NCBI GenBank assembly: GCA_963817955.1
Contig: CAWFQK010000004.1
Location: 928,001 to 992,000, forward strand
Length of the DNA: 64,000 bases
From: an uncultured Gemmatimonadaceae bacterium
GTDB lineage: Bacteria > Gemmatimonadota > Gemmatimonadetes > Gemmatimonadales > Gemmatimonadaceae
Direction: 5' to 3'
Shown one piece after another: positions 1 to 10,000 of the stretch (position 1 is the first letter of the stretch; each line of letters starts with the position of its first letter). A program made the translations under genes and the position numbers. Below the pieces are notes generated by a model, which saw only the letters and a list, made by a program, of their open reading frames with translations, did not search any database and was not told the DNA's origin.

Positions 1-2
1 TG

Positions 3-338
3 AACCTTGCGATCAACGCTGCCGACGCGATGCCAAACGGGGGCACGGTCACGATCCGCACGAAACATGTGGTGCTGCCGCAGCCGGATGCTCCCGCCGA
101 TGCTCCGCCAGGCGCCTATGTGCTGCTCACCGTGTGCGACACGGGCGAAGGGATGGACGCCGCCACGCTGGACCGGATCTTCGAGCCGTTCTTCACCACG
201 AAGGAGCTGGGCCGCGGCACGGGGCTGGGGCTCGCCACGGTCTACAGCATCGTGCGACAGTCGCACGGATCCATTGGCGTCACCAGCCGGCCGGGGGAAG
301 GAAGCACGTTCAGCGTGTATCTGCCTGTGGCAGCGTAA
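3..338 (+). CDS. Sensor histidine kinase, C-terminal HATPase_c domain (partial, 5' end outside window)
   Basis: Frame open from base 3. N-box [11 protein letters not shown]1 DTGEGM, F-box FEPFFTTK, G2 GTGLGL. Confidence 0.9.
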   Translation, partial: NLAINAADAMPNGGTVTIRTKHVVLPQPDAPADAPPGAYVLLTVCDTGEGMDAATLDRIFEPFFTTKELGRGTGLGLATVYSIVRQSHGSIGVTSRPGEGSTFSVYLPVAA

Positions 339-373
339 CGGCGCCTCGGCTCGGCCCGTGAGTGCACGACGGC

Positions 374-922
374 TCACTCGATTCCAGCGAACACCTCGCT
401 CAAGTCAACGCGTACGTCGAAGTCGAGCGTCGGCACGCGCCAGAGAATGGCGTCGTGCACCGTCTCGTGTGTTCCTGGCACGCGCGACACCTCGACGCTG
501 CGGTCAGTCTTGTCCACGAGCCAGACCTCGTGAACGCCAAGGGCGAGATACGCGTCGCGCTTGAATTCCCGGTCGTACACCCGGGAAGAAGGACTGAGAA
601 TCTCCACCGCCAGCCAGTGTTCAGTTGTGTCCGCCCACTTCTCACCGAGCGGATACCGGGCCGGGACCACGAGGATGTCCGGCTCGAGCTGCGTCCGTGG
701 TGGAAATGACACCGCGCCCGGGAGGTAGACGAAAGCATGACCCGGTCCTTGAAGGGCGTTCATGAAAACGTGCGCGAGCCGCGACGCAATCAATTGATGC
801 GCGTTGCTCGGAGCGGGGGTCACGAGTAGCACCCCATCGAGCAGCTCGTACCGGTTCCCGTCGTGCGGGAAATGCTCGAGGTCCTCGACCGTGTAATACG
901 GGATCGTGGCAGGCATACCCAT
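374..922 (-). CDS. Uma2 (DUF820) family putative endonuclease
   Basis: RYELLDGVLLVTPAPSNAHQ, EPDILVV, LAVEILSPSS..DREFKRDAY..GVHEVWLVD motifs. Confidence 0.9.
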   Translation of the reverse strand: MGMPATIPYYTVEDLEHFPHDGNRYELLDGVLLVTPAPSNAHQLIASRLAHVFMNALQGPGHAFVYLPGAVSFPPRTQLEPDILVVPARYPLGEKWADTTEHWLAVEILSPSSRVYDREFKRDAYLALGVHEVWLVDKTDRSVEVSRVPGTHETVHDAILWRVPTLDFDVRVDLSEVFAGIE

Positions 923-1386
923 ACTCTATGCTCTCTGGCGCAGGTTTGTCCACTCGGCATCGCGGTGAACCTGCCAGGCTTGGCCTGGGAATGCGTCACC
1001 AATTCGATGCAGCTCGGACGAAAGACCGCGTCGAGCTGAGCCGCGGGCGAGTGTGAACGGAGGCGTAGCAGATGCGCTGTGCGGCAACTATCGCCATTTG
1101 ACCTTGCTCCAGCAGGCCCTTCAGACCAAACTCTCTTCTCCGCAGACCGCCTCGGCATAAGCAGCAACACCATGCGGTATCGCCTGAATTGCGACTACGA
1201 AACGGACATTCCCCATGCCAGACGATGCGGCACCACACTTTGTGTTAACCGCTGAGCAGCGATCGACATTGATTCCAAACATCAATGTCGCGCACTCGGA
1301 CTCGAAGCTGCCGGGCCGAGAGATTGCCAGAGCGGCGCTCGCGGCGAAGAAGCTCCCGCCTTCGAAAGAGTGAGGAGTTACGCCAC

Positions 1387-2895
1387 TCAACGCGGCCGAT
1401 ACCGCAGCGCCTCGGCGACATGCGGCGGTTCGACTGTATCGCATTGTTCGATATCGGCAATCGTTCTCGACACGCGAAGCACGCGATGGTAGCCGCGGGC
1501 CGAGAGCTTGAGCGATTCCATGGCCGCGCCAAGCAACGCCCGGGCCTCTGGCTCGATCCGACCGTGCGACAACAGCCAGCGGCCTGACGCATGCGCGTTG
1601 CAGCGAACGCCAGGGACGCGCGCATAGCGAAGGCGCTGTGCGGCACGGCTCCGTTCGACGCGGAACCGAATGCTCGCCGACAGCTCACCGTCGCTCGCCT
1701 GCTGCAGGGCAAGCGACGGCACGGCGCCGAGCGCGACGTGCATATCGATGCGGTCGGCGAGTGGACCGGACAGGCGACTGCGATAGCGAACGATCTCCGG
1801 CTCCGAGCAAGTACACACCCGCGTCGGCTCGCCAGCATTGCCGCACGGACAGGGGTTCATGGCAGCGACGAGCGAGAAACGCGCGGGAAACGCGACGCTG
1901 ACAGCGGCGCGCGCGATGACGACAATTCCATCCTCGAGCGGCTGCCGGAGCGCCTCGAGGGCGCCGCGAGGAAACTCGAGCAGTTCGTCGAGAAAGAGGA
2001 CTCCGTGGTGCGCGAGACTCACTTCGCCGGGACGTGGAACTCCGCCGCCGCCGACGAGTCCCGCCGACGAGATGGAGTGATGCGGCGCGCGAAACGGCCG
2101 CGCGGTCAGACAGTTTCCCTGCGAGGAGAGCAGGCCCGCAACCGAGTGGATGGCCGTGACCTCGAGCGCTTCGTCGTCGGTGAGCAAAGGAAGAATTGAT
2201 GGCAAGCGCCGGGCGAGCATGGTCTTTCCGGCACCGGGCGGTCCCACCAGCAAACATGCATGCGCGCCAGCCGCCGCAATCTCCAACGCGCGCTTCGCGC
2301 TCTCTTGCCCAACGACGTCGGCAAAGTCGGCCCCGTCGTCCGGTATACTCTGCCGCTCCGGTGCCGTCGCAAATTCGAGCGCACTGCCGTGTAACGCGCC
2401 GACGAGCTCGCACAGAGTAGATGGCGCAACGAGTGGGACCGATCGCACCAGGGCCGCCTCGGCGACGTTGACCGGCGGCACGACGAGCGCGCGGACGTCC
2501 GCCTGACCGGCAAGGTGCCGTGCAACGGACAACACGCCGCGCACACCGCGCACCGCGCCGTCCAGGCCCAGTTCGCCGAGCAACGTCAAGCCGTGCACCG
2601 ATGCCGGCCGCACCACACCCAGGGCGACGAGCAACCCGATAGCGATGGGCAGATCGAATCCGGTGCCGGATTTTCGGAGGTCGCCTGGCGACAGACTCAC
2701 CGTGATTCGGCGGGCCGGCAACGCGAAGCCAGAGTTGGCGAGCGCTGCCGACACACGTTCGCGACTCTCCTTGACCTCTCCGGCTGGCAGCCCAACGATG
2801 TTCCAGCGCGGCAACCCGTTCGCGACGTCCACCTCGACGTAGACGTCGTAGGCATCTATCCCGAACACGGCAGCAGAGCGGATGGCGGCGAGCAT
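1387..2895 (-). CDS. comM: YifB/ComM Mg-chelatase-like AAA+ ATPase
   Basis: Lon-like N-terminus (VGLP..VKESRERV, DLPIAIG), Walker A GPPGAGKT, PGEVSLAHHGVLFLDE, AAMNPCPCG, SGPLADRID. Confidence 0.92.
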   Translation of the reverse strand: MLAAIRSAAVFGIDAYDVYVEVDVANGLPRWNIVGLPAGEVKESRERVSAALANSGFALPARRITVSLSPGDLRKSGTGFDLPIAIGLLVALGVVRPASVHGLTLLGELGLDGAVRGVRGVLSVARHLAGQADVRALVVPPVNVAEAALVRSVPLVAPSTLCELVGALHGSALEFATAPERQSIPDDGADFADVVGQESAKRALEIAAAGAHACLLVGPPGAGKTMLARRLPSILPLLTDDEALEVTAIHSVAGLLSSQGNCLTARPFRAPHHSISSAGLVGGGGVPRPGEVSLAHHGVLFLDELLEFPRGALEALRQPLEDGIVVIARAAVSVAFPARFSLVAAMNPCPCGNAGEPTRVCTCSEPEIVRYRSRLSGPLADRIDMHVALGAVPSLALQQASDGELSASIRFRVERSRAAQRLRYARVPGVRCNAHASGRWLLSHGRIEPEARALLGAAMESLKLSARGYHRVLRVSRTIADIEQCDTVEPPHVAEALRYRPR

Positions 2896-2973
2896 ATGCT
2901 CACCGTAGCCGAAGCCCGCGCCGAGCCATCATCAACGCATTGCGCGTTGTGTCACGGGAGCGCGATACTGGTC

Positions 2974-3022
2974 GAGACATGGGACACGAGACACGGGACA
3001 CGGGACACGGGACACGAGAAAC
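2974..3022. repeat. Heptamer tandem repeat (G[G/A]GACAC) x7
   Basis: gagacat gggacac gagacac gggacac gggacac gggacac gagaaac, intergenic. Confidence 0.9.
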
Positions 3023-3056
3023 AACAAACTCGCCCCTAACGGATGCTACCGCGTCC

Positions 3057-3383
3057 TCAGCCCGAGCCTATCCGTCGCCGAATGTCTCGTGCGCCCGAGG
3101 CGACGCCGAACCCCACGCCGCCGCCAAACAAGAGCGCCGTTCCCGTGCCGACGATCGGCAGAAGCCAGACGACCGGGGCCGCGATGATGGCGGCTATGAC
3201 ACCCACGACCACAGGCACCATCCCCCCATGCACCGCGTCGACATAACGCAGCTTGTTTGTCGTGAACTTGCGCGCCTGCCAATATCCCATTGCGGTGGCG
3301 AAGCCTGCGGCGGCGAGTGACGCGACGGATGCGATAAAATGAAGCACGACGTCCCTCCCAAGTGACATGCGCGAACCTGCCAA
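3057..3383 (-). CDS. Small hypothetical membrane protein (about 3 hydrophobic segments)
   Basis: Hydrophobic Gly/Ala/Val-rich helices with a basic C-terminus. Fills the gap between comM and the divergent genes. Start uncertain. Confidence 0.65.
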   Translation of the reverse strand: MAGSRMSLGRDVVLHFIASVASLAAAGFATAMGYWQARKFTTNKLRYVDAVHGGMVPVVVGVIAAIIAAPVVWLLPIVGTGTALLFGGGVGFGVASGARDIRRRIGSG

Positions 3384-3494
3384 TCTATACGGAACTGTTG
3401 CCTCCGAGTTTCAGGCGGACGCTGGTTTCCCCTCCCAGGGACGAATAGCTTAGGCACATCCGCTCGCTCCGACAACGCCAGCCACGAGCGCCCA

Positions 3495-3809
3495 ATGGTT
3501 TTGTTGCGGGTCGTCCGTCACGATCGGCACGATCACGTGCTTGCCGAGTGCCAGAGCGCGGTCGTTCCGGCTCGTGGCGAGTTGCTCCAGCTCGATACGG
3601 TCAATGCGTTCGGTGACATGACGCTGCCGAGCACTCTGTGGCGCGTCGTCGCCGTGACTCTGCACGTTCCGTCACTGGCGTCATCCGCGCCCAGCGATGG
3701 ATCGGCGTTATGCGTCAAGGATGTGGAGGTCAGCGTGCTGCCGGATGTCGCGCTCGTCCCCGAGTTTGCGGCGGCCGCCGAAGAGATCCTTCGACAGTCC
3801 AATGCGTAA
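3495..3809 (+). CDS. Hypothetical protein (104 aa) upstream of the kinase
   Basis: ATG start, protein-like composition, stop overlaps or abuts the kinase start. Confidence 0.55.
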   Translation: MVLLRVVRHDRHDHVLAECQSAVVPARGELLQLDTVNAFGDMTLPSTLWRVVAVTLHVPSLASSAPSDGSALCVKDVEVSVLPDVALVPEFAAAAEEILRQSNA

Positions 3810-5607
3810 CGATGCTTTCAGGCCGTTAGTGATGAGCGAATCCGCACCCGAGATGTACAGCGTCACCCAGGAGGTGCCGGCGCATCTGCGCGACTGGCAG
3901 CTGCCGCCGGGTTGGAGCTGGGGCGCCGACGGGTTGAATACGCAGAATCGCCATTACCAGGAAGTGATCGACGCACTCGGCCGGTCGCTCTCCCTGGTGA
4001 GCGCGCCGGATCCCGAACACTACAAGTGGCTGGAGGCGGAAGCGCGCCATCTGGCACACCGGAACCACACCGCGATGCCGACGACGTACCATTATTGGGC
4101 GTCGTACTCGGAGAGTCGCCGCGGACCAGGATACCTGCGCCGCTGGATCGCCGGCGAAACGATTGGTGCGCGGTTACGCCGTATGGGAACCGACGACGTA
4201 CCGGGCGTCATGCGCCTCATGCGCGAGATCGGCTCGGCGCTCAGCTACCTGCACGACCTCGGCACCGTCCATGGCTGCATGTCGCCTGAAACGGTCTGGA
4301 CCACGCCGATGGGGCGTCTCTGGATCATTGGTTGGCAGTGGGCCATGCCGGCAAGTGAGATTCCGGATGGGCTCGTACCGGACTTTCGCCTCATGCCGGT
4401 CCCGAGCGAGTGGGCCGGCGGTCGATGGGCGCCCACACCGCTGACCGATCAGTGGCAGCTCGCAGCCACGTGCTTTGCGTCGCTCACGAACGAAGTGCCA
4501 CTACCGGGCAGGACTCCGCCTATTCAACTGTTGCGTCCGGATTGTCCCCAGGCAGTCGCCACGGTCATCGACCGGGCGCTGAATGCCGACCCGGCGCAGC
4601 GCTATTCCTCCATGGCCGCCATGCTCCGCGCGGTAGATCGCGTGGTCGGCAGCCGGACCATGGTCATGCTTGCCGGCGACGAGCCCGGCATCAAGTTCAC
4701 CTCCGAGTCCGCCGAAGTGCGGCTCCGCTGGGCGCTCGCCGACGACTACGAAGTACTCGCGGCGCTCGGATCGGGATCGTTCGGCTCGGTGTGGCGTGTT
4801 CGCGATCTGTCGCTCGGCCGCGAGGTGGCGCTCAAGCTCCTCCACCCCCACGTGGCCCGCGACGAGGGGGCCGTCGGCAGGTTCCGGCGCGAAGCAAAGC
4901 TCACTGCCCAACTCGCGCACCCGGCGCTGGTGCCGATCTTCGACTGGGACAGCCGCGGCGACGTGGCGTGGTACACAATGGAACTGGCTGAGAGCGGATC
5001 GGTCGCCGATCTCATCGCGCGCTCGGGGCCGCGCCCGTTGTCCGAGATTGCCCCACAGGTCGACTTCGTATTGAGCGGCCTCGCCGCGGCGCATGCGGTG
5101 GGCATCATCCATCGCGACCTCAAGCCGGAAAATGTGTTGATCGACCGGTATCGCCGTTGGCGTTTGGCCGACTTCGGTATTGCCAACATGACCGGGGAAG
5201 AAATCGCCGGTGCGTCGGGCACACCGGCCTTTGCCGCGCCCGAGCAATTGCTCGGGGAGCCGCAAGACGCCGCGGCAGACTGTTTCTCGCTCGCCGCGAT
5301 CGTGGCGTTTGCGCTCAGCGGCACTCCGCCGTTCGGCGAACGCGACAGCGCGACGATTCTCTCGCGGGCGTTGCGCGGCGACGTGGACCTTTCAGCGTAT
5401 GCGCCCGAGATCACCGACTGGCTCCGTCGCGGGTTGGCCGCCAAACCGGAAGACCGTTTCGAGGATGCCGCCGCCATGCAGGCCGGCTGGCGCGAGGCCG
5501 TACAGCGCGTCTTCGAGCGCGAGCGCCAGGTGCCGTGGTGGCGACGCTGGTTCGGCGCCGATGGCGCGGGAGTCGCGTGGACTGGAGACTCCCTCTACAC
5601 CGCCTGA
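3802..5607 (+). CDS. Hanks-type Ser/Thr protein kinase with an N-terminal degenerate kinase (pseudokinase) domain
   Basis: C-terminal domain has GSGSFGSV, VALK, HRDLKPEN, DFG, GTPAFAAPEQ. N-terminal domain has kinase-like spacing but HGCMSPE/IGW. Start could be 3802 or 3832. Confidence 0.88.
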   Translation: MRNDAFRPLVMSESAPEMYSVTQEVPAHLRDWQLPPGWSWGADGLNTQNRHYQEVIDALGRSLSLVSAPDPEHYKWLEAEARHLAHRNHTAMPTTYHYWASYSESRRGPGYLRRWIAGETIGARLRRMGTDDVPGVMRLMREIGSALSYLHDLGTVHGCMSPETVWTTPMGRLWIIGWQWAMPASEIPDGLVPDFRLMPVPSEWAGGRWAPTPLTDQWQLAATCFASLTNEVPLPGRTPPIQLLRPDCPQAVATVIDRALNADPAQRYSSMAAMLRAVDRVVGSRTMVMLAGDEPGIKFTSESAEVRLRWALADDYEVLAALGSGSFGSVWRVRDLSLGREVALKLLHPHVARDEGAVGRFRREAKLTAQLAHPALVPIFDWDSRGDVAWYTMELAESGSVADLIARSGPRPLSEIAPQVDFVLSGLAAAHAVGIIHRDLKPENVLIDRYRRWRLADFGIANMTGEEIAGASGTPAFAAPEQLLGEPQDAAADCFSLAAIVAFALSGTPPFGERDSATILSRALRGDVDLSAYAPEITDWLRRGLAAKPEDRFEDAAAMQAGWREAVQRVFERERQVPWWRRWFGADGAGVAWTGDSLYTA

Positions 5608-5616
5608 CGGTGCGCC

Positions 5617-7014
5617 ATGCCAATCGAGACGGTCAACCCCACCACCGGTGAACGCGTCTGCGCCTTTCCGGCACTGACGTTCAAGGAGATCGAGGAGAAA
5701 CTGGCGCTCGCTCATCGAGTAGCGCGGAGTTGGGGCGCGGCGCCGATGGCCGAACGCACAGACGTGTTGCACCGCGCGGGATTGCTCCTGGAGGAGCGAA
5801 AACGCGAGTACGGGCGGCTGATGACGCTCGAGATGGGCAAGCCGATCAAGGCGGCGATCGACGAAGCCGCCAAGTGTGCGACGGCATGCCAATACTACGC
5901 CGAGCATGCGCCGGCTTTTCTTGCCGACGAGCCGGTGGAGGCGAAGAACGAGCGGAGCTTCGTGGCCTTCGAACCGCTCGGCGTGGTGCTCGCGGTCATG
6001 CCGTGGAATTTCCCGTTCTGGCAGGTCATCCGCTTCGCCGCGCCGGCGGTCGCCGCAGGGAACGTCGGACTGCTCAAGCATTCGTCCAACGTGCCGCAGT
6101 GTGCGCTCGCGCTCGAACAGCTGTTCGCCGACGCCGGCGCGCCGGGTGGCGCGTTTCAGACATTGCTCATCGGTTCGGCGGCCGTTGCCGATATCATCCG
6201 GGATGATCGGGTTGCCGCGGTTACGCTCACCGGCAGTGAGGCAGCAGGAAGCGCCGTAGCCGCCACCGCAGGCAAGCACATCAAGAAGACAGTGCTCGAG
6301 CTCGGCGGCAGCGATCCGTTCATTGTCATGCCGAGCGCGGACCTCGACCTCGCCGTCAAGACGGCCGTGACGGCACGCACAATCAACAACGGCCAGTCAT
6401 GCATCGCGGCCAAGCGATTCATCGTCGCCGAATCGGTGATCGACCGCTTCACTGAGGCATTCGTCGAGCGAATGCGCGGTCTCGTCGTTGGCGATCCCAT
6501 GGACGAGGCGACGAACATCGGGCCGCTGGCCATGCCGCAAATTCGCGACGATTTGCACGATCAGGTTCGGCGCTCCGTGGCCGCCGGTGCAACACTGTTG
6601 CTCGGCGGAAACCCAGGCAACGGCCGCGGCTATTTCTACCCCCCGACAGTCCTTGGCAACGTTCCGCTCAGTGCTCCCGCCCTCCGCGAGGAGACATTCG
6701 GACCACTGGCGGCCATCATTCCCGCGCGTGACGCGCGCCATGCCATCGAGATTGCCAACAATTCGCCGTTCGGACTCGGGGCCGCGGCATGGACGAGGGA
6801 CGCGGAAGAGATCGAGCAGTTCGCGCGCCACCTCGCCGCGGGATGCGTCGTCATCAACGGCATGGTCGCGTCCGACCCGCGCTTCCCATTTGGTGGCGTC
6901 AAGAAGTCGGGCTACGGCCGCGAGTTGAGCGCGTTCGGGTTACGCGAGTTCGTCAATATCAAGACAGTCAGAATGATGGACATCGGCACGCCGGAACGCT
7001 CGAAGACGGAATGA
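5617..7014 (+). CDS. NAD(P)-dependent succinate-semialdehyde dehydrogenase (ALDH family)
   Basis: MPWNFPFWQV, LTGSEAAG, LELGGSDP, NGQSCIAAKR, EETFGP, PFGGVKKSGYGRE. Confidence 0.9.
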   Translation: MPIETVNPTTGERVCAFPALTFKEIEEKLALAHRVARSWGAAPMAERTDVLHRAGLLLEERKREYGRLMTLEMGKPIKAAIDEAAKCATACQYYAEHAPAFLADEPVEAKNERSFVAFEPLGVVLAVMPWNFPFWQVIRFAAPAVAAGNVGLLKHSSNVPQCALALEQLFADAGAPGGAFQTLLIGSAAVADIIRDDRVAAVTLTGSEAAGSAVAATAGKHIKKTVLELGGSDPFIVMPSADLDLAVKTAVTARTINNGQSCIAAKRFIVAESVIDRFTEAFVERMRGLVVGDPMDEATNIGPLAMPQIRDDLHDQVRRSVAAGATLLLGGNPGNGRGYFYPPTVLGNVPLSAPALREETFGPLAAIIPARDARHAIEIANNSPFGLGAAAWTRDAEEIEQFARHLAAGCVVINGMVASDPRFPFGGVKKSGYGRELSAFGLREFVNIKTVRMMDIGTPERSKTE

Positions 7015-7023
7015 CGCGGTGCG

Positions 7024-10000
7024 TCAGACGGCGGCTTTGAGGCGTATCTCGACCGTCGTGCCGGTTCCGCCGGCGCTCTCCAGCGAGATGCCGCCGCCCC
7101 ATCCTTCGACGAGCTGACGACTGATCGCCAGGCCAAGACCGCTGCCGCTCGTCCGCGTGGAGAAATGTGGCTCGAATACGTGCGGCAGCACGTCCGCCGC
7201 GATTCCGTGACCGTCGTCCTGGACACTGATCGTCACGCCGCCGTGATCGCTTGGGCGGCCGAAACTGACCGAAACGCGCACCGAGGTCGCATCCGCATGT
7301 CGGGCGTTCTCCAGGACATTGAGCAACACTTCCTTCAGCTCGTCCGGACGCGCGAGCGCCAACACAGGCGCGTCGACCCCCGATTCCTGCCACTCGAGCC
7401 CCTTCTCCTCCACTCCACCCATGCGCTCGAGCGAGACGACCTCGCGCACGACGGCGGCAACATCGGTCGCGGTAGCCCGTTGCCGCTCGTCCGGCGCAGC
7501 GCCGTAGCGGCTGAACGCTCGCGCGATTTCATCCAATCGATCGATCTCGGCAAGGATCTGATTGACGTTGTGCTCCAGGACGCGGTCGAAGTCGACGCGC
7601 GTGTCGGCGCGCGCACGTCGCAGATGCTGCACGCCAAGTCGGATGGGCGTCAGCGGATTCTTGATCTCGTGCGCCACCTGCCGGGCCATCTCGCCCCACG
7701 CGAGCACGCGCTGCGCGCGCGCGAGTTCGGTGACGTCGTCCACCGTCACGACTGCCCCGCCCCGCGCCAATCGCGTCAGCGTGCCCCGCAGTTGCTGTTG
7801 ATCGAGCGCCACCTCGAACGTCTCCTCATCGGCATGCGATGCGAGGAATCGTTCCACCGTCGCGGCAACCGGCTGCGGCGCACAGGCGTGGAACGGGGTG
7901 CCCGCCGTCAGCACCTTGCCTAGCAGTGCCTCGGCGCGGGGGTTCGAGAGCGACACGTTCCCGTCAGGATCCACGGCGACCACGCCGCTCGCCACGTTGC
8001 GCAGCACGGTGGCGGTGCGACGTTGCGCTTCTTCAAGCGCCGTGCGACTGGCGTTGAGGTCTGCCGCCATGCGGCGGAATGCGGTGAACACGGGACTGAA
8101 TTCGGCCGTCGGTTCGTGCTCGAGCGGCGGCATACGCGCACCGCTGGCGATGGAGAGGGCGGCCACGCGCAGCGATCCGATTGGCTTCGCAAGCTGACGT
8201 GCAGCTATGCCGCTCAGCCAGAGCGCAGCCAAGGCGCCGATCACGGTGGCAAAGACGACGAGGACGCCGAGGTCGCGGCGGCGGCGACCGAGTGGCAATT
8301 CGTCCGCGCGCGCGGGCGCCGCAATGACAGTGGACGGCCGATCCTCGTCAGCAAAGGAACGATACCCGAACAGTGCGGACGCTCCGTCGACACGTTCCAA
8401 GCGCGTGTCAGTTTCCTCAGCGCGCACCGCGAGCGTGAGCTCGACCTGTGGCGGGAGGTATCGACCCGTGGGCGCGAGATCGGTGTAGAGCGGATCGCTC
8501 GCGTCTCGCAGTTCACCGGCATAATAGAGAAACAGCGGCGTGTCGAGGCGTTCGCTCTCCGCCGGCAGCCAGTACGGCGCCGCGGGAGGCTTGGCGAGCG
8601 CACGCAGCGTTTCACTGACCAGCAGGGCGCGCGATTGTGATGCATCGGTCGCGAGTTGGCCATACGACCAGATCGCGAAGGCGATGGCGGGAATCACGAA
8701 GAACGCGAACAAGGCCAGCGATAGTCTCGCCCGATAGCTCCGCCCCCAGCGCCGGCGCCGCGCGCGAATCCATCGCGCCGCGCCGCCGTCGGCAATGACA
8801 CTGGCCAGCCAGAGCACGCCAACGAGTGCGAGGTCGAGGAAGACGAACAGTGCGCCGCGTTCGATCAACGCATAAACCGGCCGGAGCTCCACCTCGACGT
8901 GTGCGGCGGCCAGACCACTCCCTGTAGCCACTATCCAGTCGCCATGCAGCTCGCTCCCCTCGCGGCGCCAGCTCGCTCGCCCGTTGGCCGAATCACTCGT
9001 CGTGCGTTTGCGGAGGCGCACGGTATACGGCGGCTCGACGTCGGTCTCGACATCCAGACCAACCAGGCGGGCCAGTGGATCGACTTCGAACAACCGGCTC
9101 TTGGGCGCTAGCACCACCGCCGTGACGCCGCCCGACGCAGACGGCGCGGCCATCACGATTTCGACCGCGGTGTCCGTAGGAACCGGCTCCAGCAGGAGCG
9201 CGCCAGTCTGCCGCGCCGCCGCGACCAGGCGCCCCACCTCGGCCATCGGAATGGGAATCGCCGCCGTCGCGAACTGTGCCGTCGGTCCGGAATCGGTGGG
9301 CCATGCCGAGAGCGCAACCGGATTGCCTGCGGCCGCGATGTCGGAGGTTACGAAGTGCTGGAGCAGCAATTGACGCGTCGTCGGGGCGTAATCGACACCG
9401 AGACTCAGGCCGAAGCGCCGAAGCAATGCGACCGCCACGGGATCGATTTGGCTCAATCCCGCAAGGTCTGCCTCCGCCGCCGCGACACGTCCGCGCGCTG
9501 TGCGCCCCCACACCAGGGTCGTAGCGCCGAGCGCAGCGACGATGGACGCGCTCAGAACGACGTAGCGTGTGCGGCGGCTCAGTGCGAGCATCACGATTGC
9601 CACGATCCACAGGATCGTGTACCACCACGGCCACTGCCCGGGTGCGTGCCATACGATGGGTGCGAGAACAGCGGCGATCGCCGCACCGAGCGGCGCGAGC
9701 CATGGTGCGAGTCCGCGCCGCGGTCCAAGCAAAGTGGCACCTGCAGCGGCGCCGGCGAGCAGCACCGACACGGCTGCCAGAAAGAGTGGAATCTCCCAGA
9801 TCAACCAGAGTGGTGCGTCAACTCCGTATGGCGGGATCTTGACACCGCGCGCCAACTCGCGAAGCAGGAACGGCCCAAGGCCGGCGACGAGCAAGACCGT
9901 CGTGAAGGACCACCACCGGGAGGCACGCGGCGCGCGGCGACGGAACACCGCGAGCACAGCGAGCAGCGCCATGGCGCCCGTGGTCCCGAGCGCGCCTGCG

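Noticed and set aside
1269..1285. FNR/CRP box
   Set aside because: TTGAT and ATCAA are separated by 7 nt, not the required 4.
1215..1373. 52-aa ORF MPDDAAPHFVLTAEQ.. on the + strand
   Set aside because: No recognisable motif or clear RBS, so it cannot be supported without a homology search.
1387..2895. comM as an island integration site
   Set aside because: The gene is uninterrupted, and no integrase or att duplication is visible nearby.
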